From: a virus
IMG/VR virus record: IMGVR_UViG_3300025010_000048
Coordinates: 8,331 to 72,330 of that record
DNA: 64,000 bases
Reading direction: 5' to 3' (one strand)
Of the stretch, positions 1 through 8,879 are shown piece after piece. Within the stretch, counting starts at the first letter, position 1; each line of letters opens with the position of its first letter. The translations under genes were made by a program, and so were the position numbers. The notes beneath the pieces are model-generated. The model was not told the origin of the DNA. It ran no database searches and saw only the letters and a list, made by a program, of their open reading frames with translations.

Positions 1-230
1 CTAGCCGGGTTAGTATTGGTAAACTTTTCGTCACCGTCAGTATCTACGGGAATAAATTTTCCAATAATAGCCGTGCCTGCAGCTAATTTAGCAGTTATTG
101 AACCATCGGAGTTAAGTACCATTCCGATAACTTTATTATCTCCATCAACTCCGGCAATGGTAATAGGGTTTTGTTTTGCCGCACTCTCACCTACTGGATT
201 TTTTCCTTCTACGATAGAAATTTTTTCCAC
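1..230 (-). CDS. Putative virion structural protein downstream of major capsid, truncated by window edge
   Basis: GTG at 230 after GGGG RBS; frame stays open to position 1 (MEKISIVEGKNPVGESAAKQNPITIAGVDGDNKV...); not in ORF track. Confidence 0.6.
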   Translation of the reverse strand, partial: MEKISIVEGKNPVGESAAKQNPITIAGVDGDNKVIGMVLNSDGSITAKLAAGTAIIGKFIPVDTDGDEKFTNTNPA

Positions 231-241
231 CCCCTACATAA

Positions 242-271
242 ACAGAAAGGGCAGGGCGATAAACCCTGCCC
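242..271 (-). terminator. Intrinsic terminator after major capsid gene
   Basis: GGGCAGGG-tttatcg-CCCTGCCC followed by TTTCTGTT on minus strand. Confidence 0.65.
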
Positions 272-285
272 TAATATTCATTAAT

Positions 286-1647
286 CTAGCTAGGATTACA
301 GCCATAGATAAAGCTGAAATCATCCCAACCATAAGAGAAACGTGCAATTGTCGCATACTTAGCAATTTCAGTGTCGAAGTCCTCAGTTGCCTTAAATCCA
401 GGTTGCCTTCTCCAATACCAATTTAAGAATTGCTTCATTCTCTCGCTATCACACATGCCATATGTTAACTGTATGTTTCCATGCAGAGCAGACTATATCA
501 TCCCTTTCGGGGACGGCGCTTATGGACATTATTGTTTCCTCAGTCCTAGTCGTTGAACCTTCACCCGCCCTCGTCTCTATTGACTACATCGGGTGCTTGG
601 CTGCTGATTTCCCATTGTTTCATCCACTAACTTTTCAAGCCATCACATTCACCGTTACCAGTCGTGTTGTGGCATAGTGGTTTTAGGGGGTTCCAGCAAT
701 TCACCGTCTTTGCAATTATATCTGTGAACATTTTTTCATAATCTTTTTCATGTCCATTGACCTTACTTCTATGACAGTCATCGCAAAGCGAAATTAAGTT
801 ATTTTTGTCAAATATTTTAGATGGATCTTCTTTTACTGTTATTATATGAAAAAGATTGTCAACGGACTAATTAGATTACTAATTGGTATCACATATATAA
901 TGGGTCCTAGTGTTTGAACCAAGCGTTAGCGTCTGTCAACCAAGGCCATTCAACTACATTGAACACGCCTTTCCAGACGTTTACGCCGTGGTCGGTTGTC
1001 CCAGGCTTTTCCTCAGTATCGGCAATAACCCTTGCAGGTTCAAATAATTCAGTCGGCACGATCAGAGTATCCGGCATAACCAAGAATGGATTACCCTTAT
1101 CGTCCTCCCAACGACGCATATTGTTTCTAACGGTAGTCACGTTAGCGGCAGTCAGCGCATATGTGCCGAAGTTTGAAGTTACGGCAGAACTTCCAGGTGC
1201 TTTCGGGTGCGATGCAGAACAAAGAGCAACCCCATCTGGACCGGCATAAGATGCGTTAAAAGCGTTATTAAACGGTATAGCAGCATGATACTGAATAGTT
1301 CTATATTCAACCATACGGAGATTACGGACACGCTTTTTAATCTCGCCGTATTGTTCGTCCTCAACTAACTCGCGCTCAATCTGTGTACCTTTAGAATATT
1401 TACGGTGAATATAGTTAGAAGTGAAACCTTTCCTAAAGTCCTCATAAGAAACTTTATTCCCTGTTGCTCCCCATTCTTCCATTAACCCTAAGTCACCGAT
1501 GCCCTGATTAGTTTCCTGCGCTTTTGTGGAGTTTTCCACGTTATACATCAGACCAAGGAAGTCCTTTTCTTTCTTACCGGCCAAGTCAAATATCTTCCTT
1601 AGACCAGGTTCAAGTTGCTCTGCCCAATTGTCAGAAATTAACGGCAT
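286..1647 (-). CDS. Major capsid protein (Mu gpT-like), spliced: exon 1 1647-917, exon 2 457-286, about 300 aa
   Basis: Exon 1 ends ...PWLTDANAW-TT; exon 2 C-ATG gives F-MCDSERMKQFLNWYWRR...FDTEIAKYATIARFSYGWDDFSFIYGCNPS*, a typical capsid C-terminus; lies after portal and scaffold genes. Confidence 0.9.
458..916 (-). ncRNA. Group I self-splicing intron in major capsid gene
   Basis: Exon ends in U with P1 GGUU/GACC U.G pair; core motifs GAATTGCTGGAA, AATCAGCAG, GTTCAACGACTA, GATATAGTC; terminal G at 458; removal restores the frame. Confidence 0.92.
627..848 (-). pseudogene. Remnant of intron-encoded HNH homing endonuclease
   Basis: HIITVKEDPSKIFDKNNLISLCDDCHRSKV is an HNH C-terminal motif; no start codon, in-frame TAG at 867-869 upstream. 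Confidence 0.75.
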
Positions 1648-1734
1648 TTGTTTTCCTCCTCAAAACAAAAAGACCCAGGCTAAAATTGCCTAAGTCTTTT
1701 GTCATTTAATTTTTATTTTAATTTGCGGTTATTG

Positions 1735-2433
1735 CTATGCATTATAGATGTGCTTGCGGATAACAACATCCATCATTAAATCGGCAGGGTAAATATTTAC
1801 TACCAACAATGGACCTGCTTCGTTGGCGATAGTAGCGTTTGCATCAATGGTATTTTCATCTTTCAGGTCAACACCAAAACTGCCAATATTAATAACGTCA
1901 CCGGAACCTCCAGCACCAAGCAGAATATACTTACTCGCGGTTGTCGGAGCAGTCGGAAATGGTTCTTCAACGGTCAGTGTGTCGCTTGAACCCGTGTAAT
2001 CCTTTACTGTGCGAATACTTCCTGCTGCCGGACCTTCGTAAATATACAGCAATGCACCATTCCAATCATCATCAGATGATGTACTTAATGCAGTGTCAAC
2101 CAAAGTAGTAGTTGTCCCGCCAGTTGCTGTAGCGTCCCTATGGTCAGCAAAAGAGCAGCGATAGACAATAAATGGATTATCATATACCCTACCGTAAGTT
2201 GTTGTCGCTGCCGGATTGTCTGCTGCTGCAATAGTCTCAGCCATTACGCCAAGTACATTAGTCGCGTTTGCTGCCGCTTTAGCAACCCTATTGGCAGTCA
2301 ATACAACCATGTCGCCTGCGCTAAAAGCAACGCCGGGAGTTAATTCATAATCGACTGCGTTATCTACAGTCCCGCCAAGTTTGTTATATTTAGGTTCAAA
2401 CCCATTTGTAGTTCTAGATGCAGTTAAAGCCAT
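1735..2433 (-). CDS. Putative capsid decoration / minor head protein
   Basis: Ala/Thr/Gly-rich 232 aa between scaffold and major capsid genes. Confidence 0.6.
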   Translation of the reverse strand: MALTASRTTNGFEPKYNKLGGTVDNAVDYELTPGVAFSAGDMVVLTANRVAKAAANATNVLGVMAETIAAADNPAATTTYGRVYDNPFIVYRCSFADHRDATATGGTTTTLVDTALSTSSDDDWNGALLYIYEGPAAGSIRTVKDYTGSSDTLTVEEPFPTAPTTASKYILLGAGGSGDVINIGSFGVDLKDENTIDANATIANEAGPLLVVNIYPADLMMDVVIRKHIYNA

Positions 2434-2442
2434 TTTCTCAAC

Positions 2443-3423
2443 CTACCTTCTTTTCTTAGATTTTTTCGTTATACCGGAGGCAAAATCTTTTTCGGACATA
2501 TCTAGCCTTGCGGCGAAATGTTTTTGCAGCGGAGTTAAATCAACCTGCTCGGATTTACTTCCTACCGGCAGGTTAGCATCTTCAACCCTAAGTTTTTGGC
2601 GACCTTTAATATTGGCAAGCGTCTTTTGTTCGGCGGCAGTTTTTACTGATTTCCTTAATTCTCCAGATGTAAACTTTTCACCGATAACAAACTTCATAGC
2701 AGTTTCAAAATCAATGGCGGCACCATTTTGACTTACCGCATCAATCTCGGCAGCGTACATAATAGCATATGGTCTAATTTGAGGATTACTATTTAATACC
2801 GCCTGCCTTTGCCTTTCGTAGTCAGTTGACTTTCCGGTAAATTCAATCTGTTGTTTTGCGCTAATCAGTTCTTGTTCAAGTCGGGCAATTCTCTGCTCCT
2901 TCTTAATTTCTTCCGAAGCAAGTTTCTTTGCCTTTGTTTCATCAAAACCAAGTGCAGCGAAATATTCCTCTTTCTCCGTCTGCTGTTCTATCCAATAGGT
3001 TTTTGCCTCTGCCTCTACCTGCGCCTGACGTTTCTCTGCCTGCTTATCAGCTTCAATTTTTGCTCTCTCACGGGAAAGTCTATCCGCTAATACCCGGTCA
3101 ATTTCTGTCTGCATTTCTGCTTTCGTGTATGTTTTTTCTTTAACGGTAGGTTCTTTTTTTAATTCCGGTTCTTGTTCAACTTCTTCTTCCCTTAAGTCCT
3201 CGTCCCCACCGGAAAAATCGTCGCTTACCTCATCGTCAGTTGGCAACTCAACGAGTTCAACGTCCTTATCGCCGTCTTTGTCTGGAATATTTGGATCGTC
3301 AATTTCGGTATCATCAACAAAACCACCGCCAGAAAAACCACCATCCGTTACCATTAAAGCGCGATTGAATCTGCCTAAGAATTTATCTTCTGCCGCATTA
3401 ATTCCTAATAAGTCTTTAAACAT
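2443..3423 (-). CDS. Putative capsid scaffolding protein
   Basis: Acidic N-terminus, YTxxEM...RLSRER coiled coil, basic tail; position between portal and capsid. Confidence 0.7.
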   Translation of the reverse strand: MFKDLLGINAAEDKFLGRFNRALMVTDGGFSGGGFVDDTEIDDPNIPDKDGDKDVELVELPTDDEVSDDFSGGDEDLREEEVEQEPELKKEPTVKEKTYTKAEMQTEIDRVLADRLSRERAKIEADKQAEKRQAQVEAEAKTYWIEQQTEKEEYFAALGFDETKAKKLASEEIKKEQRIARLEQELISAKQQIEFTGKSTDYERQRQAVLNSNPQIRPYAIMYAAEIDAVSQNGAAIDFETAMKFVIGEKFTSGELRKSVKTAAEQKTLANIKGRQKLRVEDANLPVGSKSEQVDLTPLQKHFAARLDMSEKDFASGITKKSKKRR

Positions 3424-3543
3424 AATTTGCCTCCCGTTTTAAACCCGTCGGTTATAATATCCTTGCACAGTTTAAAGTCTTGTGCATGTTTTGGACTGTT
3501 CCTTGCGGTTTTTAACGTCTACAGCACGTTTCAGACATTTATG

Positions 3544-5544
3544 CTATACATCTTGTTGTATTAATAATTGCAGTTCTGACATCATTTGTTCTGGCGGTAG
3601 GGACATTAGGTATTCCCTAATCTCCGGAGGCAATTGAGATAAAATTTGTTCTATCTCGTTACCTTGTTGTGAAACTTCTTCCTGCTCAGGAGGTTGTTCT
3701 CCAGGAACAGAACTTCTTTTCATTGCTTCCTGCTCCATTTCCATCCGTTGCTGTTCTTCCTTCTGCTTATTCATTCTCTCCATAATTTCGGGTATGGGAG
3801 GGAACTTGCCGTATTCCATAACATAGAAGAAAGTTTCCGGATCAATGACACTTGCTACCAATAAATCCTTAGCTATTTCCATATGATACATGCGGTCACT
3901 CGGTATTACCGATGAAACTTTACAGTAACAATCAAAGTCAGGGAAGTATTCCTCAAAATCCTTTTGGTAGGTATTGGCATCTAACATCCTGCCGTCCGGC
4001 ATTATTGTTTCTCCGGTATTTAACTTTCCTACCTCATTAAAAGGCATGGTTATGCCGTTTTCTTTGTCGTAAACCTTTTTCATTTCATCAGCATTGAAGG
4101 TGTTATACTTATAACCTTCTTTGTCGTTCTTGCCATTAATCCGGTAAGTTCTTTGCTCTGTGTAAAACTTGCCGATTAGGCGGTTAGTAAATTGACCGGC
4201 ATCCTCATAGGAAGAATTAATTTCCTGCTCTGCTGTCCTTAACCTTATCTTAGCTTGGGAAACTAGCTCGGCAATTGCCTTAAATGCGGTTACGCTGCCG
4301 GGAGTTCTGCCTTGACTTACATCAAAACGACCTATCATGCCCTCCATAGAGGACTGTAAACGCCCCATTTCCTGTATTAGACTGCCGGGAATAGGTTGTC
4401 CATGCTCTCGCTTAACCCCTTGAATATCGGCAACCGGGAACCACATGCCGGGGGCAGTACCACGTTCCTCAATTAACCTCTTTTGTCTAGGAGTAAGCGA
4501 CCTTTCATCATACCAGGTTTGCCCAATGGCCCCGTGAATATGACCTTCAAGTATAATCTCAGCAGTCTTATTCCTAACAATTTGCGGATTCTTAAGATAG
4601 AACGCATCGCCAAATCCCCAAACGCTATTTTCTCTTGGGTATCTCTGCCGCACAAAAAACGGAAATACCGGAGTTTCTCCGGGGTCGAAGTACATATAGT
4701 TACTGTGTCTAAGATAAACTCCTTGATGTTCTCCTGCCCATAAAATAACGTGTAAACCTATTCCCTGGTCTTGTTCTCCTGGTGCTAAAATCATCGGTTT
4801 GCCAATATACCATGTTTCAATAACGGGAACCTGTTCTTGGTTATATGAGCGACTAAAACCTTCGGTATCAAGTTGGTCAGTATCCAGCAAATCATCGTCG
4901 TGCAACCCTTGTTCTTGAACCAACTTTGCCCTATCGGGGAAGTTCTCTTGTATATACTCCATTGTGCGCCATACGGGTTTATGGCAACGATTTCCCTCAT
5001 TTATATCCTCCCGACAACGTGCATCAGGCACTAGGCATAACGGGTGCAATGCTTTCCAGCGAATATCGCCTTCCCATCTGTTCGGACCTTTGCCACCTCG
5101 CCAATTAGAGTCCCAATAGATATGCCAAATACCTGTGCCGTACAGAAAAAACCACCGAAGAAACTTAATTCTCTCGGAGGTTAGTTTGTTCTTATAGAAT
5201 AAGAATTTTTTAAGGTCGGTCATAATATTAGATTTTTCTTCGTCACCCGGTTCAACGCCCTGGTCTATTAACTCTATCTCGTTAGCAAACTCGGCTACCG
5301 TACCTTCTATTAGAGAAAAGGTAATATTCTCAACGCTGTTCGGTCTATTCTGTTGCTGTGCCTCGGTTCTTAGCGGATTACCATTCGGACCAAGTAAGTC
5401 CCAATGCCTAGAAGTATAGAGTTTATACATTTCCCGCATTTCATCGACATAAAATTGCCTTGCCGCTTTATCATCGTCATACCAATCCATACAAATTCTA
5501 ACGGCATCACTTTCTGCCTGTGAATTTCCTCTTACGTTTTCCAT
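3544..5544 (-). CDS. Portal protein (P22-like)
   Basis: 666 aa, LYGTGIW and ENSVWGFG motifs, Gln-rich C-terminal barrel-like tail. Confidence 0.85.
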   Translation of the reverse strand: MENVRGNSQAESDAVRICMDWYDDDKAARQFYVDEMREMYKLYTSRHWDLLGPNGNPLRTEAQQQNRPNSVENITFSLIEGTVAEFANEIELIDQGVEPGDEEKSNIMTDLKKFLFYKNKLTSERIKFLRWFFLYGTGIWHIYWDSNWRGGKGPNRWEGDIRWKALHPLCLVPDARCREDINEGNRCHKPVWRTMEYIQENFPDRAKLVQEQGLHDDDLLDTDQLDTEGFSRSYNQEQVPVIETWYIGKPMILAPGEQDQGIGLHVILWAGEHQGVYLRHSNYMYFDPGETPVFPFFVRQRYPRENSVWGFGDAFYLKNPQIVRNKTAEIILEGHIHGAIGQTWYDERSLTPRQKRLIEERGTAPGMWFPVADIQGVKREHGQPIPGSLIQEMGRLQSSMEGMIGRFDVSQGRTPGSVTAFKAIAELVSQAKIRLRTAEQEINSSYEDAGQFTNRLIGKFYTEQRTYRINGKNDKEGYKYNTFNADEMKKVYDKENGITMPFNEVGKLNTGETIMPDGRMLDANTYQKDFEEYFPDFDCYCKVSSVIPSDRMYHMEIAKDLLVASVIDPETFFYVMEYGKFPPIPEIMERMNKQKEEQQRMEMEQEAMKRSSVPGEQPPEQEEVSQQGNEIEQILSQLPPEIREYLMSLPPEQMMSELQLLIQQDV

Positions 5545-5565
5545 AGTTCACCACCTTTTAGGCAT

Positions 5566-5628
5566 AAAAAATAGAGGTAGAGTATAAGACAATGCCAATA
5601 ATGACACTTTCCTACACCCTACCTCTAT
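5566..5628 (-). terminator. Terminator/attenuator in the portal leader
   Basis: ATAGAGGTAG...CTACCTCTAT followed by T-run on minus strand. Confidence 0.55.
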
Positions 5629-5654
5629 CGTTCTCGATTCGAGATATTGGTTAT

Positions 5655-6092
5655 TTAGTTATCGTCTAAATCATCACATAGTGTTGCGTAGAAGTTTTGG
5701 ACTGCTTTTATTGTACGATCATTGCGCTCTGCCCGTTCTTCTGGAGTATATTGCTTCCTTGGAGGATAAGCGTCTATATGCCATTTTTGAGCATAATACC
5801 AAGCATAGAAATCATTATAACCCCATACAGTAATAGCTTTTTCGCACTCACTAAATAATCCGTTTTCTTCCCAAACATTTTCTTCCGCATAACCTGTTTC
5901 AATGTTCTTGAAGGGATAGTTACTACCCTCGTATTTAGCCTCTAAGTCTGCCTCATGCTCAGAATAGACTAAAACACTATGCCCCTCATGCTCTTTTAGG
6001 AGAGTAGGCATCATGCGGATAGTGGTTGTATCCTTGCCAATATCATAATATTTCTTGCAGTCCTCACACACAAAAGTATATTCAGTTCCCAC
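5655..6092 (-). CDS. Hypothetical zinc-binding protein (CxxC...EHEGH)
   Basis: ORF; motifs shared with 11930-12373. Confidence 0.55.
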   Translation of the reverse strand: MGTEYTFVCEDCKKYYDIGKDTTTIRMMPTLLKEHEGHSVLVYSEHEADLEAKYEGSNYPFKNIETGYAEENVWEENGLFSECEKAITVWGYNDFYAWYYAQKWHIDAYPPRKQYTPEERAERNDRTIKAVQNFYATLCDDLDDN

Positions 6093-6109
6093 AATAACAC
6101 CGTCCTCGG

Positions 6110-6394
6110 TTATTTAGTTTCCTTCTCATACCTGTCAATCCAAGGTTTTAATTCTTTATGGAATTCTGATGGCAATAAAAAATCATTCAGTACCAGTTCG
6201 CCAATAAATAAAATCTTATCTTCTGTACAGTTTTTATGTAGCCAATCATAGAATTTTACACGTTTTTCATGTATTACTGCTTGCCTACGCATATATTCAT
6301 CGCGTCTATCAAGACTTTTTGAAAAACTTTCCCTAAACTTATCAAAAGCATCAACAGTTAATTCTACTGTCTGTGTGTTCGAATGGTTTTGCAC
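6110..6394 (-). CDS. Hypothetical protein
   Basis: ORF in operon orientation, preceded by repeated hairpin/RBS motif. Confidence 0.55.
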   Translation of the reverse strand: MQNHSNTQTVELTVDAFDKFRESFSKSLDRRDEYMRRQAVIHEKRVKFYDWLHKNCTEDKILFIGELVLNDFLLPSEFHKELKPWIDRYEKETK

Positions 6395-6540
6395 TATGTC
6401 ACCGTCCTCGGTTATTATTTCTTCTTCCCGTAACCCATACCCTTTCCCATTTCTTTCTTTTCGGACTTAGGCATCGACATACCTTTACCCATGCCCTTCA
6501 TACCTTTACCGCCCTTACAACCTGCCATTGTTACCACCTC

Positions 6541-6675
6541 CTAATCTAATTTAATATCCTTAGTAGGACTTATCATAACTACCCTGCCGCCCTTTGCTTT
6601 GACGGTAAGTGTTCCCCATCCTCCAAGGTTGCGTAGTTCTAAAATGACTTTCTTTTCTGCATCAGTTAGTTGCAT
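6541..6675 (-). CDS. 44-aa DUF2292/YezD-like small protein
   Basis: GGAGG RBS; MQLTDAEKKVILELRNLGGWGTLTVKSKGRQVVMISPTKDIKLD; below ORF-track cutoff. Confidence 0.55.
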   Translation of the reverse strand: MQLTDAEKKVILELRNLGGWGTLTVKAKGGRVVMISPTKDIKLD

Positions 6676-6842
6676 CGTTTACCTCCATAAACCCTTTCTG
6701 CTTCTTTGCCGGAAAGGATATAACTTTCTCCTTTAACCATACTCCTATATTCAAAACTACCATTCCACTCTTGAATTTCCTCTGCCGTTGCTAATTGTAT
6801 GCTTTTTATTTTAGCCACTTTTATTACCTCCGGTTATCCGTT

Positions 6843-7133
6843 TTAGTTATTGCATTCAGGCATATCACAAATAAACATCACATGATTAATAGGTACTCTT
6901 ACGGTATCGCTAAACATAAGTTCGTTAGTTGTTAAAACAACAGCATCACTAATAATATAGCAACCGTCCTTTTCCTTATATTCTCCGGTGTAGTATATTT
7001 TATATTCACCCAATAAAAACATAATTTTTATTTTTAATTTTGGATTATGACTAACAGAAATCCATTGTATATTATTAAGACTAAGCATTAAGTCACGTTC
7101 TCTTAATGCCTGTCTAATTGTTAATTCGCTCAT
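6843..7133 (-). CDS. Hypothetical protein
   Basis: ORF with GGAG RBS. Confidence 0.5.
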   Translation of the reverse strand: MSELTIRQALRERDLMLSLNNIQWISVSHNPKLKIKIMFLLGEYKIYYTGEYKEKDGCYIISDAVVLTTNELMFSDTVRVPINHVMFICDMPECNN

Positions 7134-7145
7134 TTAAGGTTCTCC

Positions 7146-7469
7146 TTATCTATACTTTGTTTCCTCAACAACAAACCTATTCCCCCGCTTCCTGCCGATA
7201 ACCATTATCTTAATCAACTTATCATCCGCTAAATATCCCAATTCCTTTGGGCAGATAGATAACGGTATTGATATAGAGTTGTCAGACTCTTCTTCTGTTT
7301 CCGGTTCTTCGGCAACGTCCGGCACTTCAATAAATTCTTCATCGTTGATAGTTTCGCTTATGTGACTGTCCTTGCCTGCCTCTTTCTTACATAGTCGGCA
7401 ATGAAGGAGAAACTTACTTACGCTATCGAAATCAGTTTCCGGTTTTCCGCATACCTTACACTTTCTCAC
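7146..7469 (-). CDS. Hypothetical protein with N-terminal zinc finger
   Basis: CKVC...HCRLC. Confidence 0.55.
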   Translation of the reverse strand: MRKCKVCGKPETDFDSVSKFLLHCRLCKKEAGKDSHISETINDEEFIEVPDVAEEPETEEESDNSISIPLSICPKELGYLADDKLIKIMVIGRKRGNRFVVEETKYR

Positions 7470-7804
7470 GAATAAAACCCCTTTTCTTCCTCTCTTGCGT
7501 TGCGTTCCTCGGCAGTTTCTACCTGTTTTACATCGTCCTCATGCGTACCTTCGGGGTATTCAAGGGGAATGTCAACGCCCTCTAGGGATAGGACTGCTCG
7601 CATAAGTTTAAGTTGTGTATCGACAAGAGTTTTGATTGTGTCGGCATCCACTTCGGTAGGGTCATTAATAAACGATATTTTACCAACTTCATTGCTCATG
7701 TCGGTAATGTTCAAGAAAGGGAAAGTAGCTAAAGAAACAACAACTTGATGTAAAGCATCAATCTGATCGTCAAGTACCTTTTTATATTTAAGAATATCTA
7801 CCAT
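7466..7804 (-). CDS. Hypothetical protein
   Basis: ORF, ATG after GGAG RBS. Confidence 0.5.
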   Translation of the reverse strand: MVDILKYKKVLDDQIDALHQVVVSLATFPFLNITDMSNEVGKISFINDPTEVDADTIKTLVDTQLKLMRAVLSLEGVDIPLEYPEGTHEDDVKQVETAEERNAREEEKGFYS

Positions 7805-8297
7805 TATAGGTTCTCCCTTCAATCAGAAAATCAACTCCATACCTAGGTACATAGTATTTTTCAAACATATTCTTATCTTTTAACCAGATAACTTCTTCCG
7901 GTCTAGTAGGTTTTTTGTAAAAACCAACAAATTCTTCATATTCTTCTGGAGTTATACTAGAATCGTTATATCCACACTGTATACGAGTAATTAAATAAGA
8001 CCAATCATCGCAATCAATAACTGGGCCAATATTACCCGAAGTAACACGCCTAACAAATACTCTCTTTCCTAAAGATTTTTGATATTCAATTTCATCTATA
8101 ACCATTTTTATGTGAGCAGGAACTAGTTCATCTACATGGTAAACCATTTTTAACTTATCAAGAGTTCTGTACTTTCTTCCTGGTTTCCATAATGCTGTTA
8201 TCATTTTTATAGCATTTTCACATCCAAGAGCAACATCCAGTACGTGAGATTGCGGCATTGATAATAAATAATTCCTAAATTCTTGCAATGTTTTCAT
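7788..8297 (-). CDS. Hypothetical protein
   Basis: 169-aa ORF with AGGAG RBS. Confidence 0.55.
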   Translation of the reverse strand: MKTLQEFRNYLLSMPQSHVLDVALGCENAIKMITALWKPGRKYRTLDKLKMVYHVDELVPAHIKMVIDEIEYQKSLGKRVFVRRVTSGNIGPVIDCDDWSYLITRIQCGYNDSSITPEEYEEFVGFYKKPTRPEEVIWLKDKNMFEKYYVPRYGVDFLIEGRTYNGRYS

Positions 8298-8577
8298 TTG
8301 AGTTTTCTCCTTCTGGATTATTGAATATAATCGTACTTATATCTTGTGGATTAGACATATCTATACCAACAAAATATTGTGATATGCGATAAATAGCATC
8401 AATTAGAGTCTGCATCTTTTTCACTTTCTCTAATGCGCTATTACAATCACCGAGGTCAATTCCTCGTACTTGCTTACCTAATGGTGCTTCTCCATTAAGT
8501 TCTCCGTCAGCACCATAAAATTTTACGACCATTGTTATTTGAGAAACCTTTTCCGCATTTTCAAATACATGATCCAT
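8275..8577 (-). CDS. Hypothetical protein (paralog of 8577-8855)
   Basis: Coupled ORF; LEKVKKMQTLIDAIY. Confidence 0.55.
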   Translation of the reverse strand: MDHVFENAEKVSQITMVVKFYGADGELNGEAPLGKQVRGIDLGDCNSALEKVKKMQTLIDAIYRISQYFVGIDMSNPQDISTIIFNNPEGENSNENIARI

Positions 8578-8855
8578 TATAGGTTATCCCTTATAGAAGT
8601 ATTAGATTTTTCTTCTAAACCTTCAATTTTTTGAAATGTTATTGAACTGTACTCAATCCCGATTAACTCCTGCATTTTCCAATAAACAGCCCTTGTGATT
8701 TCTTGAATTGCTTTTACTTTCTCCTGTAAATTTTTGTAATTACTTAATCTCATTCCTTTTACATATGTTTTTAATGGTACTTCTTCTCCTGTCTTATCGT
8801 CAAAGGTATAAGTAGATACCTTTGCACCTATACAAACAATACTGTCATCTTGCAT
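8577..8855 (-). CDS. Hypothetical protein (paralog of 8275-8577)
   Basis: GGGAG RBS; LQEKVKAIQEITRAVY. Confidence 0.55.
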   Translation of the reverse strand: MQDDSIVCIGAKVSTYTFDDKTGEEVPLKTYVKGMRLSNYKNLQEKVKAIQEITRAVYWKMQELIGIEYSSITFQKIEGLEEKSNTSIRDNL

Positions 8856-8879
8856 ATTTTAAGTCCTCCCTTTTTAATG

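Noticed and set aside
460-470. XerD-arm-like TATGTTAACT
   Set aside because: Part of the intron 3' end; no partner arm
16-677. Plus-strand ORFs 16-426, 371-556, 462-677 and similar antisense ORFs elsewhere
   Set aside because: Shadows of minus-strand genes or intron; no RBS or recognisable motifs
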